This document shows, piece by piece, positions 18,082-28,133 of a DNA stretch of 45,258 bases. The stretch's first letter is position 1. The number at the start of each line of letters is the position of its first letter. The position numbers were made by a program, and so were the translations under genes. The DNA is from Gemmatimonadales bacterium (GTDB taxonomy: Bacteria; Gemmatimonadota; Gemmatimonadetes; Gemmatimonadales; GWC2-71-9), in assembly GCA_041613315.1 (NCBI GenBank), contig JBFJHJ010000028.1:1-45258 (forward strand), written 5' to 3'. Below the pieces are notes generated by a model. That model worked only from the letters and a program-made list of their open reading frames with translations, was not told where the DNA came from and did not search any database.

Positions 18082-19104
18082 ATGACGACCGTCGCCTCAC
18101 CCACCGAACACCTCGGTCCGAAGGATTTTGCGTCGGACCAGGAGGTCCGCTGGTGCCCCGGCTGCGGGGATTACGCGATCCTCAAGGCGATTCACAAAGC
18201 CCTGGCCGAGCTCGGGGCGCGCCGCGAGAACACCGTGTTCATCTCCGGGATCGGCTGCGCCGCGCGCTTTCCGTATTACATGACCACGTATGGGTTCCAC
18301 ACGATCCACGGCCGCGCGCCGGCCATCGCCACGGGCGTGAAGTTGGCGAATCCGGGGCTGGACGTCTGGGTCATCACCGGCGACGGTGACGGGCTGTCCA
18401 TCGGCGGCAACCACATGCTGCACGTGCTCCGCCGCAACGTGGACCTCAAGATCATTCTGTTCAACAACGAGATCTACGGGCTCACCAAGGGACAGTACTC
18501 GCCGACCTCGCGGCGCGGGACCCGATCACCGTCCACCCCGCAGGGCTCGGTCGACAACCCCGTCGTGGCCTGCCAATTCGCCCTGGGCGCCGGCGCGCGG
18601 TTCGTGGCGCGCGCGATTGACACGGCGCAGGCTCAGCAGATCGAGGTGCTGAAGCGCGCGCAGGCCCACCGCGGTACCTCGTTCATGGAAATCTTCCAGA
18701 ACTGCGTCGTGTTCAACGACGGCGTGTTCCACGGCTTTACGGACAAGAAGGTAGCGCCGGCGATGCAGCTCCACGTGGAGCACGGGAAGCCGCTGCTCTT
18801 CGGCGCGGCGCGGGAGCGCGGCATCCGCGTCAGGCCCGGGACGCTGAAGCTGGAGGTGGTCACGCCGGGCGAAGGTGGGATCTCGATGGACGACGTGCTG
18901 GTGCACGACGAGACCGACCGCGTGCTCGCGACGATGCTCGTCGCGATGGAGCCCCCGGCGTTGCCCGTCGCGCTCGGCGTGCTCTACTGCAACCCGGCAC
19001 CAACGTACGAGGACGACGTGTTTGCGCAGGCGCGGGCGGCGGGGGAACCGACCGCGGACATCGGCACCCTCCTGGGACGCGGGCGCACGTGGACGGTATC
19101 GTGA
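18082..19104 (+). CDS. korB: 2-oxoacid:ferredoxin oxidoreductase beta subunit
   Basis: Motifs WCPGCGD, SGIGC, HTIHGRA and the TPP-binding GDGD...NNEIYGLTKGQ. Starts 1 bp after the alpha-subunit stop. Confidence 0.95.
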   Translation: MTTVASPTEHLGPKDFASDQEVRWCPGCGDYAILKAIHKALAELGARRENTVFISGIGCAARFPYYMTTYGFHTIHGRAPAIATGVKLANPGLDVWVITGDGDGLSIGGNHMLHVLRRNVDLKIILFNNEIYGLTKGQYSPTSRRGTRSPSTPQGSVDNPVVACQFALGAGARFVARAIDTAQAQQIEVLKRAQAHRGTSFMEIFQNCVVFNDGVFHGFTDKKVAPAMQLHVEHGKPLLFGAARERGIRVRPGTLKLEVVTPGEGGISMDDVLVHDETDRVLATMLVAMEPPALPVALGVLYCNPAPTYEDDVFAQARAAGEPTADIGTLLGRGRTWTVS

Positions 19105-19185
19105 GCCGTCAGCAGCCTACAACCCTTCGGTCGGAGCGTGCCGCTCGAGCTCCCGGGCCGCGGATCGCGGCATGCTGGTCGCCGG

Positions 19186-20859
19186 TCACGAACCCACCTT
19201 GACGAACCAGAGGTTCCAAGAGCGGCCGTTGGACACCCGCATCCCCGTCACGCCTCCCGACCCATCTCGCTCGAACTCGACGCCCCGGAAAAACCATTCG
19301 CTCCCCCGGAACTCGTCGCGCAGGACCGGGGAGAGCCGGATCACCCCGTGCCGCCGGTGCCGCGCTGAGAGCCCCTCCTCGTCCAGCGCGATCACGTAGT
19401 CCGTATCCAGCTCATCACTGCGATACGCGCCCGCGAGGGCCGCCAGCTCCACTCGCGTGGGCGCATAGGGTTCGACCCGCGGTGCCACGATCCCGCGGTA
19501 CTCGACTCGGTCCACCGCCCCGCCGTCCCCCCGCCGGAAGTGGATCGACGCACCATACGCCTCGACGTAGAACTCCGTCGCCGAGCGCGGCGTCGTCGGG
19601 AAGCGATCTTCGGCCGTTGCTTGCGTCATGAGCGCGCCGCCCTCACGGGTGATCGTGACCAACCACCCGGGGCCCAAGCGGTAGGTGCCGACGTACGCGT
19701 CGAGCACGGCAGGGGCGACCGGCACCGTTTCCCGCCCCGACGCTGCACGATCGGGGCGCGGCTCGAGGTCTCGACCCAGATAGATGTCCGCGACCGCGTA
19801 GGCCTTCGCGGCCGGGTCGAAGCTCGCGAGGTTTGCGAGCACGACGACACCGAACCTCAGGGCCGGAAAATGGACGAGGAACGTCCGGAAACCGGCCCAC
19901 GACCCGGAGTGGCTCACCGTCGTCGCGCCCCGGTAGTCGCCGATGCTGACCCCGAAGGCGTAGGCAATGGTGTCGCCGCCGTTCAACACCCCCCGTTGCC
20001 GCAGGCGGTCCACGGCGGCGTGCCCACCCACGACAGGGGTATCGAAGTTCATGATCCACCTGGCGAGGTCGTCCACCGTCGAGAACAGCGAACTCGAACC
20101 CAACGCGGTGAGCCCATTGGGCAGCGCCCGGTAGGCGCCGTCCACGTGGCTGTACGCGTAGGCCCGGTTGCGCACGACCTCGGTGTGGTCGTCGTGGAAG
20201 TGCGTCCTCGTCATGCCGAGGGGGTGGAAGATGTTCGCGTCCGTCCATGCGCGAAACGATTGGCCCGTCACGCGCCGCACCAACTCGGCGAGGAGGTTGT
20301 AGCCCGTGTTGGAGTACAGGTATTCTGCCCCAGGGTCGAAGTTCAGGTCGTCCTGATGCCACGCCATGGTGAGGATCTGGTCGAACGCGATGACGTCGTC
20401 CATCCGCCATCCGCCGACCGCGAGTGTGCCCGGCCAGTCGCGGAGGCCGCTCGTGTGGTGCACCAAATGGTCCACCGTGATCGTCCGGCCTCCGAAGCGT
20501 GGGACCTCCGGTAGGTAGGTCCGCACGTCGTCGTCCAGCGAGATGGCTCCCTGCCCGACCAACATCGCAATCGCCATCCCCGCGAACTGTTTCGAGACCG
20601 ACGCGATGTCGAACACGGTGGCGGGCGTGATCGGAACCCGGTGCTCCAGGTTGGCGGCGCCGTATCCGTTGCGATACAGGACGCTGCCGTTGCGCACCAC
20701 CGCGACGGCGGCGCCCGGCGAGTCGAGCCGGTCCCATTCGGCAAACAGAGCATCCACACGCGCACCGGGTCCCCGGGGCTGCTGCCCCCACGCGGGCACC
20801 ACCGCGAGCGCGGCGAGAAGCACGATGCTCCACGTAAACGCCGCCGTTCGCACAGTCAT
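19186..20859 (-). CDS. Serine hydrolase (beta-lactamase/class C PBP-like) with C-terminal DUF3471-like domains
   Basis: Signal peptide, SxxK (ASVSKQF), YxN (YSNTGY), HSG motif and C-terminal LDAYVGTY and LAGAY repeats. Confidence 0.9.
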   Translation of the reverse strand: MTVRTAAFTWSIVLLAALAVVPAWGQQPRGPGARVDALFAEWDRLDSPGAAVAVVRNGSVLYRNGYGAANLEHRVPITPATVFDIASVSKQFAGMAIAMLVGQGAISLDDDVRTYLPEVPRFGGRTITVDHLVHHTSGLRDWPGTLAVGGWRMDDVIAFDQILTMAWHQDDLNFDPGAEYLYSNTGYNLLAELVRRVTGQSFRAWTDANIFHPLGMTRTHFHDDHTEVVRNRAYAYSHVDGAYRALPNGLTALGSSSLFSTVDDLARWIMNFDTPVVGGHAAVDRLRQRGVLNGGDTIAYAFGVSIGDYRGATTVSHSGSWAGFRTFLVHFPALRFGVVVLANLASFDPAAKAYAVADIYLGRDLEPRPDRAASGRETVPVAPAVLDAYVGTYRLGPGWLVTITREGGALMTQATAEDRFPTTPRSATEFYVEAYGASIHFRRGDGGAVDRVEYRGIVAPRVEPYAPTRVELAALAGAYRSDELDTDYVIALDEEGLSARHRRHGVIRLSPVLRDEFRGSEWFFRGVEFERDGSGGVTGMRVSNGRSWNLWFVKVGS

Positions 20860-21016
20860 CGCACGATCCTCCTTCGGTCGAGTGCCAGCGTCCTCCGGAC
20901 CCGGACGGCCGGCGGTCGGGAGAGCCACCGGCGATTTTTCCACGGATTTTCTGGGGTCTGGACCGCTGTTACGGGCGTCACAGAGGGGCGCGGGCGGTGC
21001 GCCCTAGCTTCTTCTC

Positions 21017-22030
21017 ATGCCCATGTCTCGTATCGCCGTGTCGCGCCCGTACGCGGCCGTCGTCCTGCCGTGGCTCCTCGGCGCCTGTCACATCGCGCAG
21101 CCGCCGGAGGTCGCCTGGGTCACGATCCCCCCCGGCGCCACGGTCGACCAGGTCGCGGACTCGCTCGCCGCGCACCGGGTCATCAAATCGGAGCGGGCGT
21201 TCCGGCGCCTCGTCCGCATGCTCGGCTACGAAACCGCGATAGCGCCCGGCACCTACCCGCTGCGGCCCGGCCCGATGCATTCGCTGTTCCCGCTCCTCTT
21301 GGAGGGGCGGCCTCTGGCAAAGCCGGTTCCGGTGCCGCCGGGCATCATGCTCAGCGAGTTGGCGCCGGCGATCGAGCAGCGTCTCGGGATCCCCGCCGAG
21401 AGCGTGCTGGCGGCCGCCCGGAACGCCGAGTTGCGCACGCGTGTCGGCGCTCGAGGTCCAACCCTCGAGGGATACCTGTACCCGACGGTCTACTACGTGT
21501 CGGTCGAGGCCCGCGCGTCGGACGTGATCCGGCAAATGGTGGACACCTTCGAAGCGCGCTGGAAGCGCACCTGGTCCCGCCGGCTCGACTCGCTGGGCGT
21601 TGCTCGCGACGAGGTCGTGACGCTCGCCTCGATCATCGAGGGAGAGGCGCCCCACACGACCGATCGGCCGTTGGTCTCGTCGGTCTACCACAATCGCCTG
21701 CGCCGCGGCATGCGGCTCCAGGCAGACCCGACCGTCGTCTACGCGTTGGGCCGGCGACGGCGGCTCTCCCATGCCGACTACGGCGCGGCGTCGCCGTACA
21801 ACACGTACCGGATCGCCGGCCTGCCACCTGCGCCGATCGGCCAGCCGTCCGAGGCGAGCATCGCGGCCGCGCTCGATCCCCCCGATTCCGACTTTCTCTA
21901 TTTCGTCGCCCGTCCCGACGGCCGGCACGTGTTCTCGCGCACATACCGCGAGCACTTGGTCGCGATCCGTCGCGTGCGCCGCGGTGCCGAGACAATGGTC
22001 ATCGAAGAGCCGCCCGTCGCCGGCAACTGA
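21017..22030 (+). CDS. mltG: Endolytic murein transglycosylase MltG
   Basis: Motifs LEGYLYP, LASIIEGE, VYHNRL, LQADPT, SPYNTY, GLPPAPI and LYFVA. Confidence 0.93.
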   Translation: MPMSRIAVSRPYAAVVLPWLLGACHIAQPPEVAWVTIPPGATVDQVADSLAAHRVIKSERAFRRLVRMLGYETAIAPGTYPLRPGPMHSLFPLLLEGRPLAKPVPVPPGIMLSELAPAIEQRLGIPAESVLAAARNAELRTRVGARGPTLEGYLYPTVYYVSVEARASDVIRQMVDTFEARWKRTWSRRLDSLGVARDEVVTLASIIEGEAPHTTDRPLVSSVYHNRLRRGMRLQADPTVVYALGRRRRLSHADYGAASPYNTYRIAGLPPAPIGQPSEASIAAALDPPDSDFLYFVARPDGRHVFSRTYREHLVAIRRVRRGAETMVIEEPPVAGN

Positions 22031-22033
22031 GTG

Positions 22034-23893
22034 TCACCAGGCGATCCCGTAGTCGTCCCCGTAGTCACTCGAGCCGCCCCAGAACGTTCCGTTCCGCCAG
22101 TCGAACGCAATCGCGTTGATCGGCCCGGAGGTCCTGGACCGGACGTCGAGATCGTAGCCCATCCGGCGCAGCTCCTCCCGGACCCACGGCGGCACCGCCT
22201 CGTTGAGCGTGAGTCGCCCCGGTCGAGACTCGTGCTCGCCGAACGAGGCCCGTAGCTGGTAGCTCGTGATGTTCGCCGCCTCCACCGCCTGCTGCACATT
22301 CATACCGAACTCGACGACATTCAGGAAGAACTGCAGCAGATTCTGATCTTGACTATCACCACCCTGCACCGCGAACGAGAGGAACGGCCGCCCATCTTTG
22401 AGCGCGATGCCAGGCGTGAGCGTCGCCCGCGGGCGCTTCCCCGGCGCCACCACGTTGAACGGGTTCTCCGCCTCATCCAGCACGAAGCTCTGCATCCGCT
22501 GGCTCATCCCCACGCCCGTGCGTCCGGCGATCACGGCCGGAATCCATCCACCACTCGGCGTGACCGATACGACCCACCCCTCGGCGTCCGCCGCCTCGAT
22601 CGAGGTCGTGCCGGCGTAAAACGCCTCCTCGAACGCGGCAGCATCCGCCGCCGCCTCGGTGGTCGTGGGCTTGGCGCCCGGCCACCGCTCGAGGAGGTGC
22701 CCGTAGGGATTCGTCTGCCCCATGTACGGATACGGATCGCCGGGCTTCACGGCGGGATCGTTACGGTCCGGATTGATCGTCTGCGCCCGCGCCTGGGCGT
22801 ACTCCTTCGACAATAGCCCCCGCACCGGCTCCTCGGGCGGAGCATAAGGATCGCCGTAGTAGAAATCCCGGTCGGCGAACGCCAGGTTCATCGCCTGATA
22901 CAGGGTGTGGACGTAGCGGGCGCTGTTGTACCCCATGCTCGCGAGATCGAAGTTCTCCAGGATGTTCAGGGCCTGGAGCATGACCGGTCCCTGGACCCAC
23001 GTGGTGAGCTTGTAGACCTGGATCTCCTTGTACGTCGTCATCACCGGCTCTTCGATCTTGACCTGCCAGCCGGCGAGGTCGGCCATCGTGACGAGCGCCC
23101 CCTGTTCCCGGGCCCCGCGCACGAACTCCTGCGCAATATCGCCTTTGTAGAACCGGTCGTACGCCGCGTAGATCGCCTCCTTGCGGCTCTTGCCTTGGGC
23201 CAGCGCCCGCCGTTCCGCCTCCACCAGCTTCCGCAGCGTGGCCGCGAGGTCGGACTGGCGGAAGATCTCACCCGCCTCCGGCGCTTCGCGCTCCGCGCCC
23301 GGATGCGTCAGGAACACGGCGCGGGAGTACTGCCATTCCGTGAGGCGCTTCGCGTTCCGCTCGATCGCGTCCGCCGTCTGCTCCTCGATCGGGTAGCCGT
23401 CCGCCATCTGGATCGCGGGCGCCAACACCTGGGCCAGGCTCAGCCGGCCGTATTCGGCCAGCATCACCATGAGACCGCCCGGTGTCCCCGGCGTCACGGC
23501 GGCGAGCGGCCCGTACTCCGGCGGATACGCCATGCCCTTCTCGCGGAAGAACTCGGCCGTGGCGCCCGTCGGGGCGACGCCCAAGGCGTTGATCCCGATG
23601 ACTTTCTTGGTCCGCGGATGGTAGATCAACGCCTGCGTTTCCCCGCCCCAACTCAGCACGTCCCACATGGTGGCGGTCGCGGCGAGCATGGCCGCCGCCG
23701 CGTCAACGGCGTTGCCACCTTGCTGGAAGATCATGGCGCCGGCCGTCGCGCCGAGGGGCTTGCCCGTGATCGCCACCCAATGGCGGCCGTGTAGCACCGG
23801 CTTGTTGGGACGCTGGGCGACGGCGGACGGCACGACGAGCGCGGTGCACAGCGGGACGAGCATCAACGTGCGGAAGCGGGTGATCGCGTGCAT
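22034..23893 (-). CDS. ggt: Gamma-glutamyltransferase family protein (exported)
   Basis: Motifs GGNAVDAA, PGTPGG, FYKGDIA, AFADR, nucleophile Thr in GTTS, PGKRP and GG. Signal peptide ending AVA-Q. Confidence 0.92.
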   Translation of the reverse strand: MHAITRFRTLMLVPLCTALVVPSAVAQRPNKPVLHGRHWVAITGKPLGATAGAMIFQQGGNAVDAAAAMLAATATMWDVLSWGGETQALIYHPRTKKVIGINALGVAPTGATAEFFREKGMAYPPEYGPLAAVTPGTPGGLMVMLAEYGRLSLAQVLAPAIQMADGYPIEEQTADAIERNAKRLTEWQYSRAVFLTHPGAEREAPEAGEIFRQSDLAATLRKLVEAERRALAQGKSRKEAIYAAYDRFYKGDIAQEFVRGAREQGALVTMADLAGWQVKIEEPVMTTYKEIQVYKLTTWVQGPVMLQALNILENFDLASMGYNSARYVHTLYQAMNLAFADRDFYYGDPYAPPEEPVRGLLSKEYAQARAQTINPDRNDPAVKPGDPYPYMGQTNPYGHLLERWPGAKPTTTEAAADAAAFEEAFYAGTTSIEAADAEGWVVSVTPSGGWIPAVIAGRTGVGMSQRMQSFVLDEAENPFNVVAPGKRPRATLTPGIALKDGRPFLSFAVQGGDSQDQNLLQFFLNVVEFGMNVQQAVEAANITSYQLRASFGEHESRPGRLTLNEAVPPWVREELRRMGYDLDVRSRTSGPINAIAFDWRNGTFWGGSSDYGDDYGIAW

Positions 23894-24041
23894 GCGTGTT
23901 CCTCCGTGGGCGGACGACGAGGCCGGAACGCCGCGTCGTCCAAAGGTACGGCGACCGCTCCCTCCTGGCCCGGCGAGGGGGCTATCTGGTCTCAGCTCGC
24001 TACGCTGGCGCTGTTCGCGCCGGCGTCGGCGGTCGGCTGTG

Positions 24042-24281
24042 TTACCGGCCCGTGGCGGCCGAGAGGGACGCCGGTCCGGCGGCCCTGACGTCGATCGCGT
24101 CGAACAGCCTCCGTGCCGCGCTGGCCACGTCTCCCACCGCCCGTTCGAACGCGCCCTGATTCGCGCGAGAGGGTTTGTGGTACCCACTGATCTTACGAAC
24201 GAACTGGAGGGCGGCGTCCCTGAGCTCGTCGTCCGTGGGCGGCCCCTCCGGCCGTCTCAGCTTCTTGATGTTGCGACACAT
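24042..24281 (-). CDS. Small conserved protein, DUF2277-like
   Basis: MCRNIKKL...AALQFVRKISG...N..AFERAV pattern, recognised from memory of this family. Confidence 0.8.
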   Translation of the reverse strand: MCRNIKKLRRPEGPPTDDELRDAALQFVRKISGYHKPSRANQGAFERAVGDVASAARRLFDAIDVRAAGPASLSAATGR

Positions 24282-24405
24282 CGATTCCGTTCTCCCTGGT
24301 CGTTGGAACACTGCGCGGCATCGGGCTCCCCGGCCCCTGACCACCCTACCGTCGCTCGCCCGCCGCTCCGCGGCACCACACGCGATCTCCACCAGAAACA
24401 AGCGC

Positions 24406-25023
24406 TCACGCGCCGCCGGGCGGTGAGGCCGTCTGTGCGATCCGGGCGAACGCGAGTCCGGTAGTCGCGGCGCTCCCCACCGCGGTGCACAGCCCGACCA
24501 CGCCGAGCCCGACCGCTGAGGCGATGCCGCCCAGGAGAAGCTCCGCCACCACACCGCCGGCGACGAGCCCGAAGGCCATGCCGGCCGTGCTTGCGGCGAT
24601 CCACGAGCTCGACCCCAGACCCCGACGGCGAAGGAACAGCCACTGCGCGGTCCCGACCGCGAAGCCGACCGAGGCTCCGATGACGAGCAGGGCCAGCTGC
24701 TCGTCAACGGGGTTCCCCCGCTCGAGCCCTACGGCTTCGACCAGCGTGGTGCCGCCCGTGAGCCCCACCGCCACCCCGGCGGCCGTGGCGACGATCCACG
24801 CCCCCGCGCCACGCGCCCGGCGGCGCAGCAACAGCCACTGCGACGTGCCGAGCGACGCTCCGATGGCGGCGCCGACGGCGGGGAGGACGAGCGCCATCCC
24901 GAGCAGCGCTTCGGCGGGCGCGCCCAGGGGGACTCCGACGGCGATCCCGACGAGCACGCCGGCGCCGCTACACAGGATCCATCGAAACCAGAGCGATCGC
25001 ACGGGTGCGGTTGACCGATGCAT
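24406..25023 (-). CDS. Multi-pass membrane protein with internal duplication
   Basis: Repeated G.xQWL.LRRR...W motif, Gly/Ala-rich helices and GGAGG RBS. Confidence 0.75.
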   Translation of the reverse strand: MHRSTAPVRSLWFRWILCSGAGVLVGIAVGVPLGAPAEALLGMALVLPAVGAAIGASLGTSQWLLLRRRARGAGAWIVATAAGVAVGLTGGTTLVEAVGLERGNPVDEQLALLVIGASVGFAVGTAQWLFLRRRGLGSSSWIAASTAGMAFGLVAGGVVAELLLGGIASAVGLGVVGLCTAVGSAATTGLAFARIAQTASPPGGA

Positions 25024-25065
25024 CGACCTCCAGGACGAATCGCCGGGAACGGCCCGGCCGGATAC

Positions 25066-25599
25066 TCAGCGCCGATCTTCTTCCACCGAACACGAGACGC
25101 GCTGCACGGGAAGCGGCGCGAACCGTCGTCGTTGTAGATCGGGGCGCCACGCCTCTCGGATCGCCCGAAGCGTGTCGGTCGGTGTCCACGTGCCGATGGC
25201 GACGATGGAGGCGTCGGGCACCCCGTCCAGCGCGCAGTCTATCCACGCGACCGACTCCCCCGCATTGAGGTCGCTGAGTTTCACGCGATCGAGCAGCTCC
25301 CAGTGCGCCTTCCCGGCATCGTCGCGATGCGTGAGCCGCCCGAGCCACAGCATCTGCGCCGTATCGCTGCGGACGTCCGTCATGCCGAGCTCCGCGCCGT
25401 CCGGCCCCCTCAGCAACATGCCACCGACCTCCTCAAACCCCGGGGGGAGAGGGGGGTACGTGAGCGCGGCTGGCCGATCGTCACCTGCTCGCTCCCGCTC
25501 CCCGCACGCGACACCCAGCGCGGCCGCGCCCACGAGCACGATGCGGTGCAGCGCGGGACAGAAGGGGCGGCGCAGCGTCCCTCGGTGACACCTCTCCAT
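25066..25599 (-). CDS. Hypothetical lipoprotein
   Basis: Hydrophobic stretch ending LGVA-C. The ATG directly abuts the upstream TAA. Confidence 0.65.
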   Translation of the reverse strand: MERCHRGTLRRPFCPALHRIVLVGAAALGVACGERERAGDDRPAALTYPPLPPGFEEVGGMLLRGPDGAELGMTDVRSDTAQMLWLGRLTHRDDAGKAHWELLDRVKLSDLNAGESVAWIDCALDGVPDASIVAIGTWTPTDTLRAIREAWRPDLQRRRFAPLPVQRVSCSVEEDRR

Positions 25600-25770
25600 T
25601 TACCCCTCCCGGTAGATCCAGCCGCCGACCAGCGCCGCGAGGATCATTTCCGCGAGCCCGACCGTGCCCCACAGCACCAGCATCCTCACCGGAAACAGCC
25701 CGAGCATGTGGTAGCCGGCCAATGACAGCAGGTAGCCGCCGATCCATCGCGTGAGGTTGATGCCGCCCAT
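25600..25770 (-). CDS. 56-aa membrane protein, possibly an internally deleted remnant
   Basis: AGGAG RBS followed by MGGINLTRW...LAEMILAALVGGWIYREG, with two hydrophobic segments. Confidence 0.5.
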   Translation of the reverse strand: MGGINLTRWIGGYLLSLAGYHMLGLFPVRMLVLWGTVGLAEMILAALVGGWIYREG

Positions 25771-26006
25771 GCGCGCTCCTTGCTGGCTACTGGGTCGGGC
25801 GCTCGTGCCTAAGCTGTCCGCGAACCGCACCGCAAGCAAGAGCGATCCCCACCATCGTGCCGAGCGGCGCCCGACCCGTCGGCGCCGGAACGACCGCCGG
25901 GCGAATCCCGCACGGGAACCGGCGCGGCGTTCCCGGGGTTTAGTACAGCGTAGAGAACGCTCGACCTTCAGCGCACGCCGGGCGGCAGCGAAGAAAGGAC
26001 GTCGAG

Positions 26007-26417
26007 ATGCAGGCATCCACCTTACGCACGCTCGCCGCGGCCTTGGGTCTCGGCGTGGCGCTCACGGCGCTGCCCGCCCCGGCCCCCGCCCAGGACGCTC
26101 GCGATCCCGCGGTCCAGGTCGACCGCGACACGTACCTGGAGGTCCACAACCACAACTGGCTGGATCAGCGGCTGTACCTCGTGGTCAACGGAGCCCGCCA
26201 CCCGCTGGGAACCGTGATGAGCTTTCGGAGCGAAGTGCTGCGCATGCCGCGCGCCATCAACCTGGCCAGCGCGCAGGTCCAGCTCGTGGCCCATCCGATC
26301 GGCTCGAACGCGCGTTACGTCACGTTGCCGCTCACCGTGGCCGACGGTGACGTGATCGAGTGGCGGCTGGAGAACAACCTCAACCTCTCCGCGGTGTCGG
26401 TCTGGTCGGGACGGTGA
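26007..26417 (+). CDS. Secreted hypothetical protein
   Basis: AAAGGA RBS, signal peptide ending APA-Q and a beta-rich mature domain (VHNHNWLD). Confidence 0.72.
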   Translation: MQASTLRTLAAALGLGVALTALPAPAPAQDARDPAVQVDRDTYLEVHNHNWLDQRLYLVVNGARHPLGTVMSFRSEVLRMPRAINLASAQVQLVAHPIGSNARYVTLPLTVADGDVIEWRLENNLNLSAVSVWSGR

Positions 26418-26449
26418 CCGAACGGTGATCGGGACGCCCGGCACGCCGG

Positions 26450-28048
26450 TCAGGGGCTGCCGGGTGCTCCCGCCTGATGATGCTCGAGATAGCGCCGCGC
26501 CTCCGCCAGCGCGGGCGGCTCGGGTTCGGCCCGCGCCAGGTTCTGTACGACCCCCTCGTACGCTTCCCGCGCTGTCGCGACTTCCCCGGCGGCCGCGGCC
26601 GCCCGGGCGAGGCCGAGCAGCGCGAGCGTGCGCCCCGGCGTCCGGCGTAGCGCTTCCTCGAAGCGGCGCACCGCGTCGCGTGGCCGGTCCATCGCGAGGA
26701 GCAGCTCGCCCTCCAGCTCACGTGGCGGTTTGTACGCTGCCGGCGGTCCGAACGCGAACGGTAGCGACGCCTCGAGTTGGGCGGCGCGGCTCGCCTCCGC
26801 GATCGCCTCGTCCCGGTGCCCCTCCACAAACAGGATCGCGGCCCCCAGCACCCCCGCCATCACCTGCGCGTTCCCCCGCGCGCTCTGCGGCAGCGAGGCG
26901 TGCCGGGACGCGAGCCGCACCAGCGCCCGCCGGGCCGCACGGGCATCGCTCACGCTCGCGGCCCCGAGGCCCGCCGTGAAATCCACGACCGACCGACCCC
27001 AGCCGTCGAGCGCGGCCGTATCCACTACAGCCCTCGCCTCCGCTCCGCTCCACTCACCGGTGTCCACGAGATAGGTCGCCCGCATGTCCGCGAGCGAGCC
27101 GGCGCGCCGCGTCGAGACCGCCGCCTCCGCGCGGCACTCCTCCACGAGTCGACGCGCGGCGAGCGTGCGCCCCTCCTGGAGGTAGCCGTACGCCAGCCAC
27201 TCGTTGTAGTGGCCGCAGCCCACCGGCGCTCGGCCCGCCGCACGCTCGACGACGGCCACGGCGCGCTCGTTCGCGGCCACGACGTCGTCCCACATCCCCA
27301 TCGCCACGAAGATGTGGGTCGTCATGTGTTGGGCGTGCGCCGCATCGGGCGCGATCGTTGCGTAGGCTCGGGCGGCGATGAGACCGAGCGGCGCGTGCAC
27401 CGGATCGTCGAACGAATGGATCAGGTAATGCGCGCCGCCGGGATGATCGCGGTTGCGGTCGAACACGTCCTGCGCCAGCGCGGCCGCCCGCATATACGTG
27501 GGCACGTCGCGCTCACCCTGGCTCAGCCCGAGCAGGGCCAGCGCGTGGAAGGCCTTCGCTTCGAGGTCCTCGGGATACGCCCGTGCGAGCCGCTCCATCG
27601 CGGCCGCATATAGCGTGTCGCGCCGTGACTTGGCCCCGTCGCCGTAGAGCACCTCCACCGCCTCGAGGTAGCCCCGCTCTCTCGGCGTGGGCGCCCTCGC
27701 CTGCCGCCCCGCCGGCGTGGGCGCCAGGCGCCGCAGGACCGACCGGGCCGCGGTGATGTCCTGTTCATTCCAGATCGGATGGGTGTAGCTCATCGCCTCG
27801 CCCCAGTACGCCATCACGAACCCGGGGTCCAGCTGCTGCGCGGTCCGGAACGCCGCCGCGGCGGCGCCATACTCGAAGCTGTGCAGCAAGAGGACGCCGC
27901 GGATGAAGTGCGGCTGAGCGGCCGGCGCCCCGGACGCCGGGAACGTGACGGTACCGAGCGTTTCCTGACCGTGGAGCGTGCCGGCGGCGAGGGTCAGCGC
28001 GACGGCCGCGGGGAGGCACCTGAGCACACGCGGGAGCGACCCGATCAT
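26450..28048 (-). CDS. Exported tetratricopeptide-repeat protein
   Basis: Motifs GVLLLHSFEY, DPGFVMAYWG, HPGGAHYLIH, HAQHMTTHIF and C-terminal TPR-like helices. Signal peptide present. Confidence 0.82.
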   Translation of the reverse strand: MIGSLPRVLRCLPAAVALTLAAGTLHGQETLGTVTFPASGAPAAQPHFIRGVLLLHSFEYGAAAAAFRTAQQLDPGFVMAYWGEAMSYTHPIWNEQDITAARSVLRRLAPTPAGRQARAPTPRERGYLEAVEVLYGDGAKSRRDTLYAAAMERLARAYPEDLEAKAFHALALLGLSQGERDVPTYMRAAALAQDVFDRNRDHPGGAHYLIHSFDDPVHAPLGLIAARAYATIAPDAAHAQHMTTHIFVAMGMWDDVVAANERAVAVVERAAGRAPVGCGHYNEWLAYGYLQEGRTLAARRLVEECRAEAAVSTRRAGSLADMRATYLVDTGEWSGAEARAVVDTAALDGWGRSVVDFTAGLGAASVSDARAARRALVRLASRHASLPQSARGNAQVMAGVLGAAILFVEGHRDEAIAEASRAAQLEASLPFAFGPPAAYKPPRELEGELLLAMDRPRDAVRRFEEALRRTPGRTLALLGLARAAAAAGEVATAREAYEGVVQNLARAEPEPPALAEARRYLEHHQAGAPGSP

Positions 28049-28133
28049 GAGAAACCCGTTCCGTGAGAGTAGAGATCGACACGTCTTTGAAGACGCCGTT
28101 CGCGCAACCTGCGCGCGAGCGGACCCCACCCGC

